From an archaeon (lineage in GTDB: Archaea; Undinarchaeota; CAZHTU01; JBDRCC01): DNA of 12,176 nt. The DNA lies in contig JBDRCC010000015.1 in NCBI GenBank assembly GCA_043822065.1, positions 1 to 12,176 of the forward strand. The letters are read 5' to 3'. This document shows, piece by piece, positions 1 through 6,467 of the stretch. The position numbers were made by a program, and so were the translations under genes. The notes beneath the pieces are model-generated. The model was not told the origin of the DNA and did not search any database. It saw only the letters and a list, made by a program, of their open reading frames with translations. How positions within the stretch are numbered: position 1 is the stretch's first letter; each line of letters opens with the position of its first letter.

Positions 1-786
1 TACAGGGACTGCATCCGCATGGTGGTGGACAAGAACATGAACGAGGCTGGGATGCGGGACTATGCCTCGCCAAGCGAGCTTGCTTTTGTGTCGCCTGGCT
101 CGGATACGGACACCATTGGCGACCCCGACATGAACACGAAAAGATATATCCTTGACGGGCTGCATACAAGCTCGATTTACACAGTGTGCACGGAGGGGAC
201 TGGGAGCCCGAGCTACTGCGACATAGACATCGAGCTTGGGAGGGATGTCGGAAGAGTGGACGGGTCTGAGGTCATCGGCGGCATAAAGCTCATACAGGTT
301 GACGTGTCAGGGAGCTCGGCGGCAAAGATGTACGTTTATGTGAAGCCCAAGGGCAATTTGTGGAGCGAGGCAACCCTGGTTTATAGCGCTGCCAGCGCCA
401 CGGACGGAATCCACAAGGCAGACCTTGGCGACGGAAGTGTGGTGGGGAGCATACGGATACACGCTGAGTTCGCAGGCGCTGCTGCGGGCGAACAGCTGAA
501 AGTAGTAGAAGTGGACGCCTACAAGGACGCGTACCAGTATTATACCTGCGCAGGGGTGGCCACGTCTGATGACACCCAAAGCGCGCTCTATTCTGTTAAA
601 TCCCCCTTCCTGTCCGCGTATGGAGAGGGGAATTTTGTGATGGTGCTCGCCACAAGGGAAAACAAAGGGCTTCTCGCGGTGGGCAACGGCGCCATCCCTA
701 TAGACAGCCTGATAACGGCAGTCCCGGTCTTCAACAAGATGAACCCGAGCGACCCGATAATAGTCAAAATGGGGGTACGGACGTGA
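1..786 (+). CDS. Hypothetical secreted/surface protein, 5'-partial (reading frame open to the window edge; first in-window ATG at 19)
   Basis: Frame 1 is open from nt 1 to TGA at 784-786. There are no recognisable catalytic motifs. The protein is Gly/Ser/Asp-rich with a few Cys. Its stop overlaps the GTG start of the downstream TSP3-repeat gene (GTGA), which suggests translational coupling. The coding-like codon bias matches neighbouring genes. Confidence 0.5.
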   Translation, partial: YRDCIRMVVDKNMNEAGMRDYASPSELAFVSPGSDTDTIGDPDMNTKRYILDGLHTSSIYTVCTEGTGSPSYCDIDIELGRDVGRVDGSEVIGGIKLIQVDVSGSSAAKMYVYVKPKGNLWSEATLVYSAASATDGIHKADLGDGSVVGSIRIHAEFAGAAAGEQLKVVEVDAYKDAYQYYTCAGVATSDDTQSALYSVKSPFLSAYGEGNFVMVLATRENKGLLAVGNGAIPIDSLITAVPVFNKMNPSDPIIVKMGVRT

Positions 787-1877
787 GGCGCGGAGACGTC
801 GAGGTCTACAACCTCATACTCGTGATAGTCGTGATAATGGCTGCAGGCATGCTCTTCAAGTCATCTGCAACCCGCCAGGTCGAGTTTTTCAGCTTCTTCG
901 TCACCGACGAGTCAGTCGTGCAGATGTCGAGCATCGCGGCTGTGGACGTTGTGTACCTTCAGGACGCCTTCGACAAGTCTGTTGAGCTTGCTGAGGCCAA
1001 GATATCGGCAGGCGCCCCGTCGAACAAATTCTGCTGCTATGCTAACACCTATATGAACCTTGCGATAAAAGGGCGCGGGATGGAGAACCTGATGAACTGC
1101 GTGCCTGTAAGCGGAGCCCAGTCCAAATGCCTTTACACTACGGGGAAAGGAGTCACAGTGTCCGGGACCACAGCCAATTACTGCGATGGGACTGTAACCT
1201 GCACATATGAGGCGTATGACCGGGCGGCGATACTCCAGGATATAAAGCTTTATTCTGGGACAACGCTGGCACCTGCCTGCCCATATACTGAGTGCGACAC
1301 TGATGGGGACGGGTGCCTGGACAAGAACGAGGACTATGCTGACTATGACGATGACTATGTGCCGTCGATAATCGACTCCTGCCCTAAAGGTACCTGCATG
1401 GGAGGGGGGTACTTCTGCAACGAGACTACCTGCAGACCGCAGTCCTGCGGGCAGAGTGAGAAGAAATCCCCTGACTGCAGCGGATCCATACCGACATGCG
1501 TGGATCAGTGCGGCATCACCTCGATGCCCGGCGGGGCTGACAACGACGGGGACGGCTTCCATATCCAGGGGAACCTGGATTCTGACAAGGACTGCTTTGA
1601 CCTTGACTGCGGGGCGGACACGAACCGCGACGGCATAGTTGACATATGCCTTAACGGTGACCGGGATGGAGACGGAATTATAGATGGGGTTGACACCGAC
1701 GTGGATGGGGATAATGTGTTTAATGATTACGATAATTGCCCGTATACCTCAAACGCTGACCAGCTGGACACTGACAGCGACGGCAGAGGTAATGTTTGCG
1801 ACAACTGCCCTGCGGTCGCCAACGCAGACCAGGCGGATGCTGATGCAGACGGAGTCGGGGACGCGTGCGAGGTATAA
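783..1877 (+). CDS. Secreted or membrane-anchored Cys-rich protein with C-terminal thrombospondin type-3 (TSP3) calcium-binding repeats
   Basis: There is an N-terminal hydrophobic segment (LILVIVVIMAAGMLF) consistent with a signal peptide or anchor. The C-terminal ~150 aa hold repeated Asp-rich motifs such as DTDGDGCLD, DNDGDGF, DRDGDGIIDGVDTDVDGD and DNCPYTSNADQLDTDSDGRGNVCDNCPAVANADQADADADGVGDAC. These match the DxDxDGxxDxxDNCPxxxNxDQxDxDxDGxGDxCD TSP3 consensus. The GTG start at 783 overlaps the upstream stop by 4 nt. Confidence 0.7.
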   Translation: MRRGDVEVYNLILVIVVIMAAGMLFKSSATRQVEFFSFFVTDESVVQMSSIAAVDVVYLQDAFDKSVELAEAKISAGAPSNKFCCYANTYMNLAIKGRGMENLMNCVPVSGAQSKCLYTTGKGVTVSGTTANYCDGTVTCTYEAYDRAAILQDIKLYSGTTLAPACPYTECDTDGDGCLDKNEDYADYDDDYVPSIIDSCPKGTCMGGGYFCNETTCRPQSCGQSEKKSPDCSGSIPTCVDQCGITSMPGGADNDGDGFHIQGNLDSDKDCFDLDCGADTNRDGIVDICLNGDRDGDGIIDGVDTDVDGDNVFNDYDNCPYTSNADQLDTDSDGRGNVCDNCPAVANADQADADADGVGDACEV

Positions 1878-1980
1878 CCTCCGGCGGCGCCTCCGCCACC
1901 CCCAGGTTACGCCGTGGGTCCAGCGGTCACACCCAAATGGCGGAGAGATGGATCGCAGCCTTTTGCTTGGTAGCTGTAAT

Positions 1981-1990
1981 ATTTATAATG
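1981..1990 (+). promoter_or_regulatory. TATA-box-like element (atttataatg) about 26 nt upstream of the SPFH ATG at 2012; probable leaderless promoter
   Basis: An AT-rich octamer sits in an otherwise GC-rich intergenic region. Spacing to the ATG at 2012 matches the archaeal TATA-to-TSS distance. The same geometry recurs upstream of four other genes in the window. Confidence 0.35.
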
Positions 1991-2011
1991 TAGTTGTACC
2001 ATAGTTACAGC

Positions 2012-2779
2012 ATGCCGGCAGGATATGTTGTAGTACTAGCTTTCGTAATCGCGCTTCTGGCGGTTGCGTTCAAGATAAAGGACTATCTAGTAGAGTTCAA
2101 GGAGTACGAAAGGGCGGTGGTCTTCCGCTTCGGCAGGTTCAACCGGGTAGCCGGCCCGGGATGGGTCCTCATCCTGCCAGTCATCGAGAAGTACACCAAA
2201 TACGACCTCAGGACGCACACAGTCGACGTCCCGCCCCAGATGGTAATCACCAAGGACGGCATCGAGCTGAGGATTGACGCAGTTGTTTATATCCGTGTCA
2301 TAGACCCGAAGAAGGCGGAATTGTTCGTTGAGGAGGACTACAGGTTTGCGGTCGAGGAGTTCATCAAGGGCAAGATAAGGAACATAATAGGCAGGATGGA
2401 GCTGAGCGACGTCTACGGCAGGATAACCGACCTGAACGAAATTCTCTGCGAGTCCGCAAGGAACATCTCCCAAAACTGGGGTGTCGAAATCGAGGACGTG
2501 GAGCTCCAGGGGGTTCAGCCGCCGGCTGACGTCGTCGACGCCCTGAAGGCGCAAGAGATTGCCGAGAGGCAGAAGCTCGCGGCGATAGAGCGGGCTGAGG
2601 CGCTCAAGATAAAGATTGACGCAATACAGAAGTCTGCGGGGCAGCTGAATGACAAGGCGCTCGCATACCTTTACATGCAGAGCCTTGAGAAGATTGCCGC
2701 TGGGCCTGCGAACAAGATAATATTCCCGCTTGAGTTCACAAAGCTCGCCGAGAGGCTGGTGTCTGGGAAAAAGGATTAA
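2012..2779 (+). CDS. SPFH/band-7 domain protein (stomatin/prohibitin family)
   Basis: There is an N-terminal TM helix (GYVVVLAFVIALLAVAF). After it comes the characteristic SPFH core: EYERAVVFRFGR...GPGWVLILPVIE...DLRTHTVDVPPQMVITKDGIELRIDAVVYIRVIDP. A C-terminal coiled-coil-like region is rich in AEALKIKIDAIQK. The six-frame track begins at TTG 1994. I prefer ATG 2012 because of the TATA box at -26 and the hydrophobic N-terminus that follows directly. Confidence 0.9.
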   Translation: MPAGYVVVLAFVIALLAVAFKIKDYLVEFKEYERAVVFRFGRFNRVAGPGWVLILPVIEKYTKYDLRTHTVDVPPQMVITKDGIELRIDAVVYIRVIDPKKAELFVEEDYRFAVEEFIKGKIRNIIGRMELSDVYGRITDLNEILCESARNISQNWGVEIEDVELQGVQPPADVVDALKAQEIAERQKLAAIERAEALKIKIDAIQKSAGQLNDKALAYLYMQSLEKIAAGPANKIIFPLEFTKLAERLVSGKKD

Positions 2780-2780
2780 G

Positions 2781-3815
2781 ATGGTATTTGAGAGCGTGCT
2801 TAGCCCTGAAACGGCGGAGAACAAGCCATATGACGCATTCATCCTGAGCTTCCTGCTTTCTACAATATCGATAATGCTGGCGTTCATCGTCTTCACCCCG
2901 TACATTGTGGTGAACACGGTGCTTTCAGCCTACACTATTTTTTTCATCGGGATCGTGCTGTTCATCGTCGAGGGGAAGCGGTCCTTTTCAAAGACGCTTT
3001 TCACGCTCACCCTGCTGGCGGTAGTCACGATAATATTCATAACAAACATACAGGGCAAGATACTCGCCCTCGACTATTCAGCATACGCGACATCGGTCTC
3101 GCTTTCGATGATATTCTTCACCTCGCTCGGGCTTGCGCCGCTCATGGTGAGGCTGCTCCAGGTAGAGGAGCGCAGGGACATTGAAGATCTTGAGGATACT
3201 TTCCTTGAGAGGCATTACCACGTGCTCCTGGCTTACGCCGCGCTGTTTGTTGGCGCAGTTTTCGCGTATTCGCTCTGGTTCACGATACTGCCGGAGTCGC
3301 TTGTGGAGACGATATTCAGCGAGCAGCTGAGCACGATAAGGTGGGTGTCCGGGCTGAGGATGGGCCTTACGGCGCAGGTAATCGGCGGGCAGAGCTTTGG
3401 GCTGATACTTAACAACAACCTGAAGATACTCGCAGTCTCGGCGCTGATGTCGTTTGCGCTTGGCTCGGGTGCGATATTCATACTCACCTGGAACGCGTCA
3501 GTGATAGCCGTCGCGATAGGCGACACCGCAAGGACCTTCATCTCGTATTATGCAGGGATGGGGCACTTCGCAGGGGTGGCCGCTTACTTCCATGCCCTCC
3601 CGATTTCGCTTTCGAGGCTGCTTTTCCACGGGAGCATAGAGATACTAGCCTACTTCATTGGAGGGCTCGCGGGCGGAATTCTGTCGGTGGCGGCGATCGC
3701 CCACGAGGGCGCAGCGATATGGCTTGTGATAAAGGATGCGACAAAGCTGCTTGCCTTTTCGGTTTTCCTGATAGTGGTTGCCGCAGCCATTGAGGCGGCG
3801 ATGATAGGGGTATGA
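2781..3815 (+). CDS. Polytopic membrane protein, DUF95/SpoIIM-like family (tentative)
   Basis: There are about 8 predicted TM segments. The motif LILNNNLKILAVSALMSFALGSGAIFILTWNASVIAVAIGD resembles the conserved NxLK...(about 23 aa)...NG/WN signature of stage II sporulation protein M / DUF95 proteins. I recalled this from memory and did not search it. The ATG at 2781 lies 2 nt after the SPFH stop, with AAGGA 5 nt upstream. The upstream in-frame extension from 2730 overlaps the SPFH gene, so I rejected it. Confidence 0.5.
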   Translation: MVFESVLSPETAENKPYDAFILSFLLSTISIMLAFIVFTPYIVVNTVLSAYTIFFIGIVLFIVEGKRSFSKTLFTLTLLAVVTIIFITNIQGKILALDYSAYATSVSLSMIFFTSLGLAPLMVRLLQVEERRDIEDLEDTFLERHYHVLLAYAALFVGAVFAYSLWFTILPESLVETIFSEQLSTIRWVSGLRMGLTAQVIGGQSFGLILNNNLKILAVSALMSFALGSGAIFILTWNASVIAVAIGDTARTFISYYAGMGHFAGVAAYFHALPISLSRLLFHGSIEILAYFIGGLAGGILSVAAIAHEGAAIWLVIKDATKLLAFSVFLIVVAAAIEAAMIGV

Positions 3816-4591
3816 CGAGGATAATAGGCATAACAAGCGGAAAGGGAGGCGTGGGGAAGACGACCACGACTGTGAACCTTGCAACCGCGCTGACCGCGCT
3901 CGACAAGAGCGTGATAATTGTCGACGCGAACCTGACCACCCCGAACATAGGGCTCCACTTGGGGATGCCGCTGTCCGGAGTTACGCTTCACGACGTCCTC
4001 GACGGGGATGCGTTCATAACCGAAGCCATAACGATACACCCCTCGACGGGAGTCAGGGTCGTGCCCGCCGGCCTGAACATAGACAACCTCAACAGGCTCA
4101 ACTACAACATGCTCGGGAGCACCATATTCGACCTGCTCGGATACGCGGACTTCATCCTTGTGGACTGCCCGGCCGGGCTTGACGTCGGCTCCCAGAAGGT
4201 AATACAGGCGTGCGAAGAGGTGCTGATAGTCACGAACCCCGAACTGCCCGCAGTCACGGACGCGCTCAAGGCGAAAAAGTTCGCCGAGACGAACGCGCAT
4301 GTCCTCGGCATAGTCCTGAACAAGGTGCGGCACGTCAAAAGCGAGATGACCGTGTCCGAAATAGAGCAGATTATCGAATCGCCCGTTGCAGTCATCGTGC
4401 CGCACGATGACAGGGTCCAGGAGTCAATATCAAAGAAAGTCCCCCTGCTTGAGCTTGCGCCGAACAGCCCGGCAAGCAAGGAGTGGAGGCGGCTTGCCCG
4501 CCTGATAGAGGGCTTAGAGTTTGAGGATGTCCTGCCGTCCGACATCGGCGGGATGAAACGGTTCTTTGCAAAGCTGTTCAGAAGGGGATAG
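3812..4591 (+). CDS. MinD/ParA-family P-loop ATPase (archaeal MinD-like) with C-terminal amphipathic membrane-targeting helix
   Basis: A deviant Walker A motif GKGGVGKTT sits at the N-terminus (IIGITSGKGGVGKTTTTVNLA). A Walker B-like VDCPAG is present. The C-terminus GGMKRFFAKLFRRG is a short basic amphipathic helix, as in bacterial MinD membrane-targeting sequences. The ATG overlaps the upstream stop (ATGA). Confidence 0.85.
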   Translation: MTRIIGITSGKGGVGKTTTTVNLATALTALDKSVIIVDANLTTPNIGLHLGMPLSGVTLHDVLDGDAFITEAITIHPSTGVRVVPAGLNIDNLNRLNYNMLGSTIFDLLGYADFILVDCPAGLDVGSQKVIQACEEVLIVTNPELPAVTDALKAKKFAETNAHVLGIVLNKVRHVKSEMTVSEIEQIIESPVAVIVPHDDRVQESISKKVPLLELAPNSPASKEWRRLARLIEGLEFEDVLPSDIGGMKRFFAKLFRRG

Positions 4592-6196
4592 TCAGTAAGC
4601 CAGCTCAAAAACGGCGACTGGGTATTCTATTCCAAGATTGTCAAGCACCTGCGGGTGTATCTCGCCGATTTTTCCATACATGTTTCCGGCTTTTATCTCA
4701 GCCACCCTCCCTGGGATGTAGGACTGGTCGTCCGCCGGGCTTATGGAGGAAATTTCCATGCCAAGCTCGTGCGCAAGGGACTCGGCGTAGGCGCGGATTG
4801 ACGTATAGCTTGCAAACTCCGAGGCGCACACCGCGGCAACCGCGCGCTTTGGCATTTCTTCTCCGAGGGACGCATAGCCAACCTCGAAGAACATCTGAGG
4901 CAGCTCGTAGCGGGAGTTTGTCTTGACTACTTCAAGGAGGTGCGGCAGGATGCTGCTCCTGAACTGGGTGAAGTCCGAAGTCCTCGGGTTTGAGATTACG
5001 ACCTCCGGCGCCTCGGGCTTTAGCATGCGCTGGAACTGCTTATCAGGATTCGACAGGTAAAAGGAGAAGCATTCGTAAAACCCAAATCCGGTCATGATTT
5101 CCCTAATCTTCGCGTTGAGCAGGCTTTCATCGGTCTGCCTGCCTGTTGTCGCAGTGTCTGAAATCTGCGGCTGGAAGCTTGCGTAGCCGTAGGCGATTGC
5201 AATCTCCTCGACCAAGTCCATGGGATGGAGGATGTCGGTCCTGTACGGCGGGATTTCAACGGATACCACTTTTGAGCCTGACGCGCCGAAGCGCATTTTC
5301 CTGAGCAGGCGGGAGATTTCTGCGCCTGTCAGCTCTATTCCAAGGAGGCTGTTGCAGTATGCCGGGTCAAGCCCCATCTTTCTTGTCTGCAGGAACGGCG
5401 TATATTCCTTTCCGACCTTGACGGACTCCACCTTGAATCCCCTGTCGAGGAATGATGCGCAGTAGATGTTAAGCGCCTGGTGCGCGGCACGCAGGTCCCA
5501 GCTGTCGATGTCCAAGAAGATTGTCTTAGTATCCTCCGTAACCTTCGAGTCCTCTGAGTTCACTATCGGCGGGAAGGAAAGGATGGTTCCCTTGCTGTCG
5601 ATTATTATCGGGTACTTCCTGTACGGCTTCAGCAGGTCAGCAAACTGCTGGCCCTTTGGGTGCTCCGCGAGAATCTCGCTTAGCGTCATTTTTCCCGACA
5701 TCCCAAGCGGGACAAAGGAGATTGAATCCGGGTCGACCGCCATGTACCTGAACGGCGGCTTTACCTTGTCCAAGTCGTGGAAGCCGCTCGCTAGCTTCTT
5801 CCTCCGCCTGCCCATGGTGTCGTTTATCTTCTCCTGGAACTGCATCATTGAAGCGACGACAGGGTCGGTGAGCTTGACATTTCGTATAACTGCGGCAAGG
5901 AAATGCGGGCGCACGTCCTTGACTGACTTGTCGACGGTGACCTCGACGTTTCCTTTTGGAATCTTGTACTGGACCGGGCCGGTTTCTACGTTCAGGAAAC
6001 CGGCAACCGCCCTTGCAAACCCCTCTATGGACAGCATGTCCGGGCGGTTTGGGAATATCTCAACAGTCAGGAGGTCCGGGGTCAGGTGCTCCACAGGAGT
6101 GCCTAAAAGTGGAAGAACGTCCTGGATGTCCTTGTCGGTCAGCTTCTTCCCGACCAGCTTTTCAAGGTCCTTCCTGCCGTACTCAAGGACTGCCAT
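4592..6196 (-). CDS. pheT: Phenylalanine--tRNA ligase beta subunit, archaeal/eukaryotic type
   Basis: The 534-aa product has the length and domain order of archaeal PheT: B3/B4-like and B5-like regions, then a C-terminal catalytic-like fold (…GKIGEIHPQVLDNLGIEYPVAVFELAY). It is convergent with minD, with no intergenic spacer. Confidence 0.88.
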   Translation of the reverse strand: MAVLEYGRKDLEKLVGKKLTDKDIQDVLPLLGTPVEHLTPDLLTVEIFPNRPDMLSIEGFARAVAGFLNVETGPVQYKIPKGNVEVTVDKSVKDVRPHFLAAVIRNVKLTDPVVASMMQFQEKINDTMGRRRKKLASGFHDLDKVKPPFRYMAVDPDSISFVPLGMSGKMTLSEILAEHPKGQQFADLLKPYRKYPIIIDSKGTILSFPPIVNSEDSKVTEDTKTIFLDIDSWDLRAAHQALNIYCASFLDRGFKVESVKVGKEYTPFLQTRKMGLDPAYCNSLLGIELTGAEISRLLRKMRFGASGSKVVSVEIPPYRTDILHPMDLVEEIAIAYGYASFQPQISDTATTGRQTDESLLNAKIREIMTGFGFYECFSFYLSNPDKQFQRMLKPEAPEVVISNPRTSDFTQFRSSILPHLLEVVKTNSRYELPQMFFEVGYASLGEEMPKRAVAAVCASEFASYTSIRAYAESLAHELGMEISSISPADDQSYIPGRVAEIKAGNMYGKIGEIHPQVLDNLGIEYPVAVFELAY

Positions 6197-6202
6197 AGGA
6201 AG

Positions 6203-6231
6203 TTATATGTAATACCTGTTTTTATATTATG
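6203..6231. promoter_or_regulatory. Bidirectional AT-rich promoter region with two TATA-like boxes (ttatatgtaata; tttttatattat) serving divergent pheT and the small ORF at 6234
   Basis: Each box is about 25-28 nt from the start codon of the gene it faces (6196 on the - strand, 6234 on the + strand). This is the same geometry seen at the other promoters in the window, consistent with leaderless transcripts. Confidence 0.35.
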
Positions 6232-6233
6232 TC

Positions 6234-6419
6234 ATGAAAAAGGAGCTGGAAGCATACGTATCCGGCAGCATGGTAATGCTGGTCTGGCAGGTAATCCTGC
6301 TGAAGATTTTCGGCATCGGCTGGACAGTAACAGGCACGATCGCGGTTGCGTCAGCCCTCCTCTTTTTCATAGTCTCGGTCCTGATTTTCGAGAGCAGGGA
6401 GCTGAAAGGCGGGGTTTAG
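6234..6419 (+). CDS. Small hypothetical membrane protein (61 aa, two predicted TM helices)
   Basis: An ATG-initiated ORF sits in the divergent intergenic region. It has two hydrophobic stretches (MVMLVWQVILLKIFGIGWTV; TIAVASALLFFIVSVLIF). A TATA-like box lies about 25 nt upstream. There is no homology evidence. Confidence 0.35.
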   Translation: MKKELEAYVSGSMVMLVWQVILLKIFGIGWTVTGTIAVASALLFFIVSVLIFESRELKGGV

Positions 6420-6431
6420 GCACGGCAGGGA

Positions 6432-6444
6432 AAAATATAAATTA
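6432..6444 (+). promoter_or_regulatory. TATA-like box (aaaatataaatta) about 28 nt upstream of the cdc48 ATG
   Basis: An AT-rich element lies in the 48-nt gap upstream of 6468. Its spacing implies a leaderless or very short-leader mRNA. Confidence 0.35.
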
Positions 6445-6467
6445 GGGTATAGGATTAAACGAAAAGG

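Noticed and set aside
1500-1870. Periodic gacggggacgg-type nucleotide repeats as a possible CRISPR or tandem repeat array
   Set aside because: The periodicity follows the coding DxDGDG TSP3 peptide repeats. The units are not identical direct repeats with unique spacers. There are no cas genes or leader.
1878-1900. Short GC hairpin (ggcgg-cgcct-ccgcc) after the TSP3 gene stop as a terminator
   Set aside because: It has only a 5-bp stem with no adjacent T-tract. That is too weak to call.
1684-2004. 106-aa ORF spanning the TSP3 gene end and the intergenic region
   Set aside because: It overlaps the strongly supported TSP3-repeat CDS out of frame. It is Thr/Arg-rich and low-complexity, has no promoter or SD, and runs through the SPFH promoter.
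1994-2011. TTG start for the SPFH gene as given in the six-frame track
   Set aside because: The TATA-like box at 1981-1990 lies only about 8 nt upstream of the TTG but about 26 nt upstream of ATG 2012. The hydrophobic anchor begins right after the ATG. The ATG is favoured.
2730-2780. Upstream extension of the DUF95-like gene (MSSQSSPRGWCLGKRIK...)
   Set aside because: It overlaps the last 50 nt of the SPFH gene in another frame. An SD-like AAGGA precedes ATG 2781. The extension adds a non-hydrophobic tail with no support.
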